Origin: an uncultured bacterium
GTDB taxonomy: Bacteria > Babelota > Babeliae > Babelales > JABCYS01
Direction of reading: 5' to 3'
DNA length: 64,000 nt
NCBI GenBank assembly: GCA_963705705.1
Contig: CAVPKK010000006.1
Location: 1 to 64,000, forward strand
How positions within the stretch are numbered: position 1 is the stretch's first letter; each line of letters opens with the position of its first letter. This document shows positions 33,707 through 44,122 of the stretch, piece after piece. The notes under the pieces are model-generated. The model was given only the letters and a program-made list of their open reading frames with translations. It made no database searches and was not told the origin of the DNA. The position numbers and the translations under genes were made by a program.

Positions 33707-35125
33707 TTAATCGATATGGGCGAATCGATGGTCCGGCGGATAGATCTCATTACTGTCTTCTGCGGAGAACCGGCAGAATAGAATATTTTGGAAATGAACC
33801 TTTTCCTTGGCATCATTTGAATCATCGCTATCTACTTCTTCGGTCCCGTTTTTCTTTTTCGCAAAATAAAAGTGAAAGTGCTTTTTTGGCGATATTCGAA
33901 TTAAGTCGATTTTTCTTAGATAAGGCAGCAACTGTAATCCATATAAAGAATCAATCCTATACGGCGATAAATCCAAGGTCCGGAAGCCATCAATTCGCTG
34001 CGGTTCTTTAGGCAATCGATCCCACTTGTATAATTCCGCCACAGAAAATGAGCACGCTGGTTGCTCGAATGACTCCTTATTAAAATCTAATCCTTTTCCG
34101 GTCATCAAAAAATACAATTTAGCCAGTTGGGCGCGATATGATTCAGGGATCCGCGCTACATCCAATTGAACAGTGGGTACCACAGGCGCAACTGCTATCT
34201 TATTTTGTTGGCGAAAAAAGGGAAAACACGATGGCTTTGGTGGGACCAATGCAGAAGATGTGCATGGTTCTTGTCTGCATAGGTCAATCATCTTTGCCAT
34301 TAGCATACTCAATGGTAACCCTTTTAGCTCGACAGCTTCTGCATGCTGTAGATACTCATACATGTTGGCAGCATTCATTTCGGTTGCTATGGTTGCCAAA
34401 GAATTATTAATCGTCGTTGCATGAAATGTGCCGACATCTTTTTCGACTGATTGTGGGATAGTACTGCCAAGAGCAATGAAATATTTGAGCACTGCTGATG
34501 GAATGCTAGAAAATTTCTCAGGCTTACTGTTGCTGAGTGAGCGTAGTACCTCTTTTTCGATGAGCACCTCATTACCACTCGATGATTGTACATGGTAAGG
34601 CTTTTTTGCCCCACTCGGTTTAGTACGTTTTAAGCTCGAACGACACGATATAGAAGATCTCAGTCCATTTGTTGGATCTTGAACCCTTCTACCTTCGGCA
34701 GGTTCAGGGCGATCGGCATCATTTTCATAATGAATGGCATTCAGCTCTATTTGCTTGCTGCCATTTTTAGAATCGGGTATTCCAGATATTTTTGTTGAAT
34801 TAAACGTAGTGGATGGTGATGATTTTTCCGCAGTGGCTATTTCGGGGGATGAAGATCGGGAATCCGATAATGAACTTAAACTCGTATTCCCCAACGGCAT
34901 GCGCGTCGGCGATACAATGGCAACTGAACTGAATGTTTTATTGGATTCGCCCTCATTACTGATATCAGGCTTCTTTTCGGAAACAATAACAGGATATCTT
35001 TTGAGTAACGGACGAAACAGCGCCCTGTTTCCCAATCCTGTAGATGGACTTTCAACACTTTGGGAGGAAGCGATTGATGTAAATGATAATAAAAATAATA
35101 AAGAGCATATTCCCTTTAATTCCAT
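33707..35125 (-). CDS. Secreted protein with a Ser-rich region, a Skp1/BTB-like domain and a degenerate LRR
   Basis: GGAGG RBS, signal peptide, YHVQSSSGNEVLIEKEV...SIPSAVLKYFI...MYEYLQHAEAVELKGL, LDLSPYRIDSLYGL. Confidence 0.6.
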   Translation of the reverse strand: MELKGICSLLFLLSFTSIASSQSVESPSTGLGNRALFRPLLKRYPVIVSEKKPDISNEGESNKTFSSVAIVSPTRMPLGNTSLSSLSDSRSSSPEIATAEKSSPSTTFNSTKISGIPDSKNGSKQIELNAIHYENDADRPEPAEGRRVQDPTNGLRSSISCRSSLKRTKPSGAKKPYHVQSSSGNEVLIEKEVLRSLSNSKPEKFSSIPSAVLKYFIALGSTIPQSVEKDVGTFHATTINNSLATIATEMNAANMYEYLQHAEAVELKGLPLSMLMAKMIDLCRQEPCTSSALVPPKPSCFPFFRQQNKIAVAPVVPTVQLDVARIPESYRAQLAKLYFLMTGKGLDFNKESFEQPACSFSVAELYKWDRLPKEPQRIDGFRTLDLSPYRIDSLYGLQLLPYLRKIDLIRISPKKHFHFYFAKKKNGTEEVDSDDSNDAKEKVHFQNILFCRFSAEDSNEIYPPDHRFAHID

Positions 35126-35334
35126 GATACCTCCATCTAATAGAATTCTTTTCACTACCACCCTTCTTTTATTAGTTTAGCGAAATAGATTAAGCGAAAC
35201 ATAGAATTAATGCTTTAGTAAGCGAAAACAACCCAGGGCCCCATTTAAATTCAGCAACGTCCGTCCCTACCTTATGTTCAATAGAGTAGAAAAAGAATGC
35301 ACATAATTTTTAACTGCGCAACTCAGATTGGATA

Positions 35335-36438
35335 TTATTTCGATCCTTGACGCTCTTTATGTTCCTGCACTTCGTTATCCTGTTCCTGAATTTTGGCGCG
35401 TATTATCTGCTCAACATCCGGATGCATCCAAAAGCGTGTTGCATAGCCCAAAACTATATCGGTTAGATCATTAATTAAATGCGGCTCTAGTGATTGGCGA
35501 ATAGTAACAGTTAAAGGATCCTGCGGCCGCGGCATAAGCCATTGTACATCCTCTTGTGTCTGCGGAAGTAATCGATCCCAGTGTAATGGTACATCACCCC
35601 AATCTTTAATCGAATATAGTTTTAATGCATTGGTAAGAATATCCGTGATTAACTCACTATCTTCAGTTGCACCGGCAAGCAGTAATTTTCGTACTATAAG
35701 CCAGTTGCGATATACCATTTCCGGCTCCGGATTGATGTAGGGCATAAATTCTCCTCCGCCGCGCATATCCGTTGTAATAAGTGGCGTATTGCTTAATACT
35801 TCCAAAAGCTGGCCCGATTCGGACCCATCAGCCCGCCGTTCAACCACACGTCTATCTATTAGACCATTCGGATCACCGCCAGCAATAATCAAATCCTTTA
35901 TTATCGAGTTGCAGCTAATATAAGCCGCAAGACTCAGCGGTGTAAAATCGTTTTGATAATTATTAAAACCAAATTTGATTTCAGCTTCTGCATTTGGATT
36001 AGCTCCATGCGCAAGCAATGCTCTTATGATGGGTATTGCGGATCGTTTTTCATGTTCATCTCGACCATTTCCAAATTTTTCCTTGCATCTGATGATGGCA
36101 AAGAAAAGAGGTGTGATTTCTTTTGCCGCAATCTCCTCAATTTGCGACGTACCTTCGACAACAGTTACAAATCGTTGAGAACCCTGGTTTGCAATAATAT
36201 TTGGATTCGTACCATTTCTTAACCACGGCAACACTGCCTTAAGATCACTGTATTGCACTGTGTAAAGAAAGAGCGCATTGCGCATAAATTCTTTATTCGC
36301 TTGAAGCGCAGTCCGGTTTGGCTGGCCAATCGCTTGTGATTCCGAAACTCGGTCATTTCCATTATTAGCTAATTGCTGTGTAGATTCAGCTAAGAGGGGA
36401 AATAGAATTAATAGTAATGATAAACATCTGAAATTCAT
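35335..36438 (-). CDS. Secreted ankyrin-repeat protein (downstream bracket of the array)
   Basis: Signal peptide; TPLFFAI, IIRALLAHGANPN, FTPLSLAA; HLINDLTDIVLGYA. Confidence 0.85.
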   Translation of the reverse strand: MNFRCLSLLLILFPLLAESTQQLANNGNDRVSESQAIGQPNRTALQANKEFMRNALFLYTVQYSDLKAVLPWLRNGTNPNIIANQGSQRFVTVVEGTSQIEEIAAKEITPLFFAIIRCKEKFGNGRDEHEKRSAIPIIRALLAHGANPNAEAEIKFGFNNYQNDFTPLSLAAYISCNSIIKDLIIAGGDPNGLIDRRVVERRADGSESGQLLEVLSNTPLITTDMRGGGEFMPYINPEPEMVYRNWLIVRKLLLAGATEDSELITDILTNALKLYSIKDWGDVPLHWDRLLPQTQEDVQWLMPRPQDPLTVTIRQSLEPHLINDLTDIVLGYATRFWMHPDVEQIIRAKIQEQDNEVQEHKERQGSK

Positions 36439-36556
36439 AAAAGTTCCTCCATCAAGTTCGCTTTGCGAATGCAGTCCGACAAAGCTCATTGCTCATTATA
36501 AAAACTAGCTACAAGCTAGAGCGTCGGCGGATCATTTTTCTCTAAATTGATTGCAG

Positions 36557-38437
36557 CTATAAATTTCTGCGCCGGCAGACTTCAAACATCTTATGCATGA
36601 GCCAGGCGCACATAGATCTACGGGATGTGTTTAGAATATTTCGCTCGTTTCTATCCATAACCGGTTGGTCAGCCCGCATAATTCCCTGCATATGTTCGCC
36701 CAATAATCCTTGATTCTCATCTTGATCAGGATTGGCTAAGGCCAGAAAGGCCTGTATTTGCCTTTGATTTTCATCAGGCTGATATTCTAAGGCCATAATG
36801 TAACGAATATATTCAGCGGGCATGCGAGGTAGCACATAATCTGCCACAAGTGGTGATAAAACGGGTGGCAAATGCCCGTTAACTGCATTGCTAATGCGAG
36901 CATTATCTTCGATATATTTTTTCAAATTAGCTAATAACACTTGATTTTTATCAACAAGCGAAAGCATTCCCATGCCGAGCTGGGACGTGAGTGATTGAGG
37001 ATGTGAATTCATAGATAGTATCAGACCAAGTTTTTCACCATTTTTGCCGTAGCGCACCAAGATCTCAAATAATGATGGCCGTGACTCTTCTGCAAATTTA
37101 TCGAACCAGATGCTTTTATCAGGTGCTTGGGAAAATTCATCGGCAATTGCCAAGGCCATTTCTGTTGAACCATAATGCATAATAGCCCGAGTAATAGTAT
37201 TCATTTCCGACAAACTATAGGTATCAGAAAAATGAATATTTCTTCCCGTTGTTTTTACCCATTCAACTCTGGCCGGATCTAATTTCGCTTTAAGAGCCTT
37301 ACTTAATTTTCTAGCAATAACCGGATAATTTTCATACTGCGGTCGGCCAGGAATACCAAGATTTTTAAATAGTACTCGAGCTGCTGGCAGATGAGCAATG
37401 CTACTATAGGCACTCAGTGCACTCAGGCTATTTATAAGGTTGCATACATCATGCGAGAAATTTTCCTGAACAAGTAATAGATCGACGACCTCTTCATGGC
37501 CACCAATTGCAGCAAGCGATAATTCAGTGAAACCAATTATTAGTTGTGAAACCGCTTGGGTGTCAAAATAATTTTCCATTCGAGCAACATTATCAACCAA
37601 TTTTGACAACATCATCTTGGGTTCAATAAAAATTAGGCAGCCCCAAAGATCTTTTGTCACCAATCTGCCAAGAATATTTGTATTTACTTCTGCATTTGGG
37701 TCAACCATCCAGGATCTAAGCATTAAGGGTTTTCCGGTGTATTGATCATTGGCCAAGAGCATTGCTACCATCTGCTTATCGCGACGCGCCGATGCACGCA
37801 TCAACGGCGTAAATCCTTCAGCAATATTTAAGGCACTCAAAAAATGAGAAAATGCATGTCTTCTTTCTGTCTCACTATTTTCCTCTTTTGTAGATATATG
37901 CTGGATAAAATTCAAGAAAGGCAATCGCATATCAAATATTGGGCCAGGGGCCTTTGTTAAATGTTCACGAACGAACTCTACATCACCATGGTCTATCGCT
38001 TCAAATGTCGCGATCTCTGACTTCAATGTAGACATACGAATATGATTACAAGGTTTTCCTAAAAAATCATATAAAGCATTATATGCCTCGATATCGAGTA
38101 ATTTCAGGGCCTTTTCAATAATAGCTTCAGCTCGTGCATAATAAGCAGAACCCGTTTTTGGGCGGTCAATTTCATTGAGCTTGTTTTCATGATTTTGATT
38201 GTTTTCTGCACTGCTCAGTAGATTGCCTACGGCATACGATCGAGATGCCGGGATACTGCTGTCGCTTTCTTGAATGCGAGAAGCATCTTCATTATTCTTG
38301 CGATCGCTCTCTTTGGTGTCTATTTCCATATCTGACCCAGAATCTGGCTTCTTACCAGAATCCTGAGCTGGTTGTTGGGTAGCAAAAGCTAACCAAGGGA
38401 TGAGCAATATAATGAGAGATAGTTGTTTAATAATCAT
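36557..38437 (-). CDS. Array gene 13: secreted ankyrin-containing paralogue, CRRRNL tail
   Basis: GGAGG RBS; GFTPLMRAS, LAAIGGHEEVVDLLL; HLPPVLSPLVADY. Confidence 0.85.
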   Translation of the reverse strand: MIIKQLSLIILLIPWLAFATQQPAQDSGKKPDSGSDMEIDTKESDRKNNEDASRIQESDSSIPASRSYAVGNLLSSAENNQNHENKLNEIDRPKTGSAYYARAEAIIEKALKLLDIEAYNALYDFLGKPCNHIRMSTLKSEIATFEAIDHGDVEFVREHLTKAPGPIFDMRLPFLNFIQHISTKEENSETERRHAFSHFLSALNIAEGFTPLMRASARRDKQMVAMLLANDQYTGKPLMLRSWMVDPNAEVNTNILGRLVTKDLWGCLIFIEPKMMLSKLVDNVARMENYFDTQAVSQLIIGFTELSLAAIGGHEEVVDLLLVQENFSHDVCNLINSLSALSAYSSIAHLPAARVLFKNLGIPGRPQYENYPVIARKLSKALKAKLDPARVEWVKTTGRNIHFSDTYSLSEMNTITRAIMHYGSTEMALAIADEFSQAPDKSIWFDKFAEESRPSLFEILVRYGKNGEKLGLILSMNSHPQSLTSQLGMGMLSLVDKNQVLLANLKKYIEDNARISNAVNGHLPPVLSPLVADYVLPRMPAEYIRYIMALEYQPDENQRQIQAFLALANPDQDENQGLLGEHMQGIMRADQPVMDRNERNILNTSRRSMCAWLMHKMFEVCRRRNL

Positions 38438-38461
38438 ATTTACCTCCAAATATCTCATTGA

Positions 38462-40519
38462 TTACAAATTTCTGCGGCGGCAGGCTTCGAACATCTTATG
38501 CATGAGCCAACTGCACATAGATCTACGAGATGAATTAGTTCTGGTCGTATCAACGATGGGATGATCGCCCACCATAATGCCCTGCATATCTTCACCTAAT
38601 AAGTTTTGGTTGTCGTCAGCGCGATTTCCTAAAGCCATAATGTAACGAACATATTCAGCAGGCATTTCATATAAGGAATAGTCCGCCACAATTGAAGTTA
38701 ATACTGGTGGCAGATATGAAGTAAGTTCTCTATCAATAAAACCGCGGTTTGCTCCATATGGAATCTGCGTACGCTCTACATAGCTCTTCAGACTCGTTAG
38801 CAATTTTGGATTTCTTAGATCTGTTTCAAGATGAGAAAGCATCCCCATCCCAAGTTCGTGTACGAATGATTCAGGATACGGTTTCATGGATAATAGCAAA
38901 CCAAGCTTTTCGCCATTTATTCCTTCGGCAACCAACCACTCATTTAAGGTATCAGCGGCATGCACACGTCGGCCATCATCGGGAACCCAAGATCCCTGAG
39001 ATTTAATGTAAGCCAATTCACTTGCAATCGACTCCATCATTTCAATAGAACCATGAAGCATTATTGAGTTTGCGAGGGCTTTTGTTTTCTTAAAATTGTA
39101 AGTATCAATTTCCGGTTTTTTATCCAAACGTCTCAAGATATCATCGCATGGTTTGGCCTTAATGATCGCTTTGATTAATTTTCGAGCTATAAAAGGATAA
39201 TCTTTAGTTGTGTGCGAAATTATTCCCAATTCCTTAAATAACCGCTTACCTTCTTTTGTATCAGCTACATTACTGAAGCAGCTCAATACCTGAAGCGCAT
39301 TCACCATGGCCTGCCTTCTAACATCATAATAACTAGCAACGGCGTAATCAGGCGCATTTACATTCAGCAACTCCTCAAGCAATAAATCAAATACATCGCT
39401 ATGGCCACCAAGACTCGCCAATGCCAACGCATTCAATTCCAGCGAAAAAGGATAATAATAATCATAGAAGATAGTGCTCAAATCGCTGATCGTGGTCATA
39501 GGATCAGCCTTATTAGCTCTTCCGGCGCCCACGCGCCAACAGTCTTTTGCAAATTGCATCGCAATATTTCGATAATTAATTTTGGCGGTCTGATCAACCA
39601 TCCAAGGGCTAAGCATTGTGCTATCAGTAATAGACTCAGGCTGTGCCTTCAAAAGCATTGCTACCATATCTTTATCGCCGCGCATCGAAGCTCTCATTAG
39701 CGCAGTAAATCCATTCTTTTCACGCAATTGTTGGCAAAATGTCTCGATATTCGGTTTAACTAAGCGTGGCAGCTGGCTATCTTTCCCTGCATTTGCTATA
39801 TCATGGGAAAGATTCAAAAAGATTTGCCGTTTATCTCGTGATGTTATATCACCATTCTTCCATTCGCTATTGGACCCAAATAGTTGCCTGCTGAAATGCG
39901 TATTGTGTACTTTACAGATTAATTTTCTGACCGCCGCAATATCACCCTGATCTATAGCCTCAAACAATGCGGTTACAATATGTTTCTTGGCAAATAAATC
40001 TTGCAAACGCGATTCCGATGGATTTTGTGCAATAAAATAAAGTTTTCTCTGTAGCTTGGCTTGGGCGTCAAAAATGGAATATAGCGTAGGAGGTGCATTT
40101 GAACTACTTTTATCTTCTTCAGCATCTTTTGCCCTAGTCTCCGGTTGGAGTTCATCTTTTACACCTTTTAAACCCATTAGTTCTTTGGCATTGGCTATCA
40201 TCGCTTCAGCTCGCTGCATATAATAAGCAGCACCATTATTTGGGCGAATTAGATGTTCGATTTCGGTCAATTGGGTTTGATTGATTTGTGCATTGGCAGG
40301 TGATTCGCCAATTGCATATGATCGAGATGCGGGAACGCTACTGTCGCCTTCTTGAATGCGAAAAGCATCTTCATTATTCTTGCGATCGCCCTCTTTGGCG
40401 TCCAATTCCATATCAGACCCCGAATTTGGCTTCTGACCAAAATCTTGAGCTGGATGTTGAGTAGCAAAGGCTAGTCCAGGGATGAGTAATAGGGTAAAGA
40501 ATAGATGTTTAGTAGTCAT
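38462..40519 (-). CDS. Array gene 12: secreted ankyrin-containing paralogue, CRRRNL tail
   Basis: GFTALMRAS, LASLGGHSDVFDLLL; YLPPVLTSIVADY. Confidence 0.85.
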   Translation of the reverse strand: MTTKHLFFTLLLIPGLAFATQHPAQDFGQKPNSGSDMELDAKEGDRKNNEDAFRIQEGDSSVPASRSYAIGESPANAQINQTQLTEIEHLIRPNNGAAYYMQRAEAMIANAKELMGLKGVKDELQPETRAKDAEEDKSSSNAPPTLYSIFDAQAKLQRKLYFIAQNPSESRLQDLFAKKHIVTALFEAIDQGDIAAVRKLICKVHNTHFSRQLFGSNSEWKNGDITSRDKRQIFLNLSHDIANAGKDSQLPRLVKPNIETFCQQLREKNGFTALMRASMRGDKDMVAMLLKAQPESITDSTMLSPWMVDQTAKINYRNIAMQFAKDCWRVGAGRANKADPMTTISDLSTIFYDYYYPFSLELNALALASLGGHSDVFDLLLEELLNVNAPDYAVASYYDVRRQAMVNALQVLSCFSNVADTKEGKRLFKELGIISHTTKDYPFIARKLIKAIIKAKPCDDILRRLDKKPEIDTYNFKKTKALANSIMLHGSIEMMESIASELAYIKSQGSWVPDDGRRVHAADTLNEWLVAEGINGEKLGLLLSMKPYPESFVHELGMGMLSHLETDLRNPKLLTSLKSYVERTQIPYGANRGFIDRELTSYLPPVLTSIVADYSLYEMPAEYVRYIMALGNRADDNQNLLGEDMQGIMVGDHPIVDTTRTNSSRRSMCSWLMHKMFEACRRRNL

Positions 40520-40543
40520 GTTTACCTCCAAATATCTCATCGT

Positions 40544-42286
40544 TTACAAATTTCTGCGGCGGCAAGCTTCGAACATCTTTTGCATGAGCCAACTGCATAT
40601 CGATCGACGGGGTGGACTAGCTCTAGTCGTATTAACTATTGGACGCTCGCCAAGCATAATGCCCTGCATGTTTTCACCTAATTGGTTATTATCATGCTGA
40701 TTTTCTAGGGCCATAATGTAGCGAATGTATTCATTAGGCAGACGCGGGCTAACGTAATCCGCCACTATAGGCGATAAATCTGACGGCAAATGATTATTCA
40801 CTGCATTATTAATGTAAGCATTACCTTCGATATATCGTTTCAAATTAGCTAGCAATGTTGGATTTTTCTCAACGTGCGAAAGCATTCCCATTCCGAGTTG
40901 GTAAGTGAGCGATTGAGGATGATTATCCATCGATAGAATCAGCCCTAGCTTTTCAGCATTTTTACTGCATTGCACTAAATATTCAAATCCATCATTTCTT
41001 TCATTAATCCATTCTGCTTCGTCTGCAATAGTGGACAATTCATCTGCAATAGCGAGCGACAATTCAATTGAGCCAAAAGGCATAATAGACTGGGCAATAG
41101 TAACGACTTCTTTCCAACTATAGGTAGTGGAAATGTCGTCGCCCATTCTATTAATCCACGCGATCCGAGAGGGAGGAAAATTTGTCTTAAGTGCTCTAAC
41201 AAGTTTTCTGGCAATGGTTGGATAATTTTCATAGAGCGGCCGATTGGATATACCTAGATTTTTGAACAGCGCCCGAGCCATTGGCAACTGAGCAACATTG
41301 CTGTATACACTGACGGACAAAAGCGTATTTAAAATATTACAACGATCAATGGCTGAACTCTCACACACAAGCAATAAATCTACGATCTCTGTATTGCCGC
41401 TGATGGCAGCAAAAAATAGTTCGCTCAGACTCATTAGAAGAACGTTGAGAGGAGGTCTTAACGTTATATCTCCTTGACTGGAATTCTCAATCAGCATTGC
41501 TAACTTCGTCTTCGGTTTAGAAATTAACGACTTCTGACAAAAGCCTTGGGTCAAAGGCTTATAAAGAACATTTAAATCTACTTCTGCGCTTGGATCAAAC
41601 ATCCATTTATAAGGTATAATATTTGTTCTCTTGCATTGGTCTTTATCCAATAGCATTAAAACCATCTGCTTATCGCCACGTGCCGCGGCACGCTTTATTG
41701 GCGTAAAACCACCATTGCGATTTAAAAAACCGCAAAGCGTGTCGATAATTTCTCCAGCCGCTGTTTTATCCTTTGCTTCCGATATGTGATAAATAAAATT
41801 CAAAAAAAGTGATCGTTTATCGAAAATTATAACCCCATTTTGCAAGTGAGTGCGCACATATTCTATGTCGCCTTTATCTATGGCTTCAAATATCGCAATC
41901 TCTGGTTTCACCTCAGAGATACGTTCAAGAGCGCGCGCTATTTTAAGAGCTAACGAATTATCATCAGCAACAATATTTTTTAAGATTCTTTCGGTATCAG
42001 CAGTGATAGCCGCAGCTCGTTGCTCATAGTAAGCTGCGTTGTTTTGTGAATGGCTTACCTCATTAATGACCTGAGAGCCAACGGCATCTGATCGAGGTGC
42101 AGGGACGCTGCTGTCACTCTCTAATGGAAGAGTTTTTTCAGCATCTTGGGACTCGTTTTCCTTGTGTTCAATTTCTATCTCTGAATCAGAGTCTGATCCT
42201 AGGTCAAAGTCCTGAGCTGTTTGTTGGGTAGCAAAGGTTAATCCAGGGATAAGTAATAGGGTAAGTATTAATTGCTTGTTATTCAT
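40544..42286 (-). CDS. Array gene 11: secreted ankyrin-containing paralogue, CRRRNL tail
   Basis: GFTPIKRAA, AAISGNTEIVDLLL; HLPSDLSPIVADY. Confidence 0.85.
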   Translation of the reverse strand: MNNKQLILTLLLIPGLTFATQQTAQDFDLGSDSDSEIEIEHKENESQDAEKTLPLESDSSVPAPRSDAVGSQVINEVSHSQNNAAYYEQRAAAITADTERILKNIVADDNSLALKIARALERISEVKPEIAIFEAIDKGDIEYVRTHLQNGVIIFDKRSLFLNFIYHISEAKDKTAAGEIIDTLCGFLNRNGGFTPIKRAAARGDKQMVLMLLDKDQCKRTNIIPYKWMFDPSAEVDLNVLYKPLTQGFCQKSLISKPKTKLAMLIENSSQGDITLRPPLNVLLMSLSELFFAAISGNTEIVDLLLVCESSAIDRCNILNTLLSVSVYSNVAQLPMARALFKNLGISNRPLYENYPTIARKLVRALKTNFPPSRIAWINRMGDDISTTYSWKEVVTIAQSIMPFGSIELSLAIADELSTIADEAEWINERNDGFEYLVQCSKNAEKLGLILSMDNHPQSLTYQLGMGMLSHVEKNPTLLANLKRYIEGNAYINNAVNNHLPSDLSPIVADYVSPRLPNEYIRYIMALENQHDNNQLGENMQGIMLGERPIVNTTRASPPRRSICSWLMQKMFEACRRRNL

Positions 42287-42310
42287 GTTGGGTCTCCACT
42301 TATTGTAATA

Positions 42311-44098
42311 TTATAAATATCTGCGGCGACAGGTTTCGAACATCTTTTGCACAATCCAACTGCACATAGATCTACGTGCGCGGTTAGCTCTAGTCGTATC
42401 AACGACTGAACGCTCGCCGATCATAATTCCCTGCATGTCTTCGCCCAATAATAAAGCTTGATTATTATCGGGATCTTGCTGTGCATTACCTAAAGCCATA
42501 ATGTAGCGCACATATTCAGCAGGCATTCTGGGGTAAATGTAATCTGCCACTATAGGCGATAAATCTGGTAACAAATGATTATTCACTGCACGATTAATGT
42601 AATAATTAGTTTCAATATATCTTTTCAAATTGGCTAGTAATGTTGGATTTTTCTCAACATGCGAAAGCATTCCCATTCCGAGCTGGAATGTGAGCGATTC
42701 GGGATGAGCATCCATCGATAGAATGAGTCCAAGCTTTTCACCGCTTTTGCTGGTGTTGACTAAGATCCCACATGTATTACCCCATTCAGCTTTACCGGGT
42801 TTAAGTGATAATTCATCGGCGATAGCTAAAGCCACTGCTAGCGAAGCCCGACACATAATTTCCTTGCAAATATCACCAATCTGGTCTCTGGCATAGCTGT
42901 CAACATATTGATCACGCACTCGATATTTTTCTATATATTCACCCCGTGCCGGATTAAATTTGATTCCCAGCGCTTTTACCAATTTTCGCGCAATAGATGG
43001 ATACTTTTCAATCTGCGGACGGTCAGGAATGCCAAGATTTTTAAATAACGGTTGAGCCGCCGGCAAATGAGCCACGTTACTGAAGATGCTCAGTGTTTTG
43101 AGGACTGTAATAATCCTTGCCATCGATGGTTGTGCAGCTTCATGAACAAGGAATAAATCAACAACCTCTTCATGGCCACCAATTACAGCAAATGTTAAGT
43201 CATCAAAATATATAAATAATTCAATAAATGGTTGTCTGAAATCAAGATCTTCAAGTAGTTCTCTGAGTTTCATTCTCGTGCCCGGATAAATTTCACCGCT
43301 TCTATTTTTTTGCAAAGACCGACAAATATCCTTCATATTGACCTCGACGATGGGGTCAACCATCCATGGGCCAAAAGTTATGGTTTTTGATTGCTTCTTT
43401 CCACCGGGAATGTATTGATCATCAGTCAAAAGCATGGTCACCATTTTTGTATCGCCACGAGCCGATGCTCGCATTAATGGCGTAATCCCTTCATTGGCGA
43501 ACACTAAATGGGACAGCGAGATAATTATCCTCTTTGCTGCCATTGCATCATCCAACTTTGCTATGCGATGATTAAAGTTGAGAAGAACCGAACGCACATC
43601 AAAGAAACTATCTGCAATATGAGCACGAACAAACTCTATATCTCCGTGATCTACGGCTTCAAATAATGTCATTGCAGACTTCACAATAGCAATATGCTCC
43701 AATGCTGTGCTTACCTCAATATAAAGCCCTTTATGAGCCCATTGCTTCAGAAATTTTTTGGTCTCCGCCAGCAAAGCATCGACTCGTTGCTCATAATATT
43801 CTGGGCTATAGGTTGGTCGGTCTGATGCGGATTTAGCATCTGATGAATTAGTCTCGCTATTTTGCGTATTGCTCGGCATTTCACCAATGGCATAGGATCG
43901 CGACGCTAGGACGCTGCTGCTGCTTTCTAAAGATTGAAAAGATTTCTTTTCATCTTCTTGATACTCGTTTTCCTTGTAGTCCAAATCTGCATCTGAGATA
44001 GAATTTGGCACCTGACCAAAATCCTGAGCTGGTTGTTGGGTAGCAGAAGCTAGTCCAGGGATAAGTAGTAGGGTAAGTATTAATTGTTTGTTATTCAT
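42311..44098 (-). CDS. Array gene 10: secreted ankyrin-containing paralogue, CRRRYL tail
   Basis: GITPLMRAS, AVIGGHEEVVDL; HLLPDLSPIVADY; closest to gene 9. Confidence 0.85.
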   Translation of the reverse strand: MNNKQLILTLLLIPGLASATQQPAQDFGQVPNSISDADLDYKENEYQEDEKKSFQSLESSSSVLASRSYAIGEMPSNTQNSETNSSDAKSASDRPTYSPEYYEQRVDALLAETKKFLKQWAHKGLYIEVSTALEHIAIVKSAMTLFEAVDHGDIEFVRAHIADSFFDVRSVLLNFNHRIAKLDDAMAAKRIIISLSHLVFANEGITPLMRASARGDTKMVTMLLTDDQYIPGGKKQSKTITFGPWMVDPIVEVNMKDICRSLQKNRSGEIYPGTRMKLRELLEDLDFRQPFIELFIYFDDLTFAVIGGHEEVVDLFLVHEAAQPSMARIITVLKTLSIFSNVAHLPAAQPLFKNLGIPDRPQIEKYPSIARKLVKALGIKFNPARGEYIEKYRVRDQYVDSYARDQIGDICKEIMCRASLAVALAIADELSLKPGKAEWGNTCGILVNTSKSGEKLGLILSMDAHPESLTFQLGMGMLSHVEKNPTLLANLKRYIETNYYINRAVNNHLLPDLSPIVADYIYPRMPAEYVRYIMALGNAQQDPDNNQALLLGEDMQGIMIGERSVVDTTRANRARRSMCSWIVQKMFETCRRRYL

Positions 44099-44122
44099 GT
44101 TGGGTCTCCACTTATTGTAATA

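Noticed and set aside
36557..36580. CaaX prenylation motif in the CRRRNL tails
   Set aside because: The Cys is at position -6, not -4.
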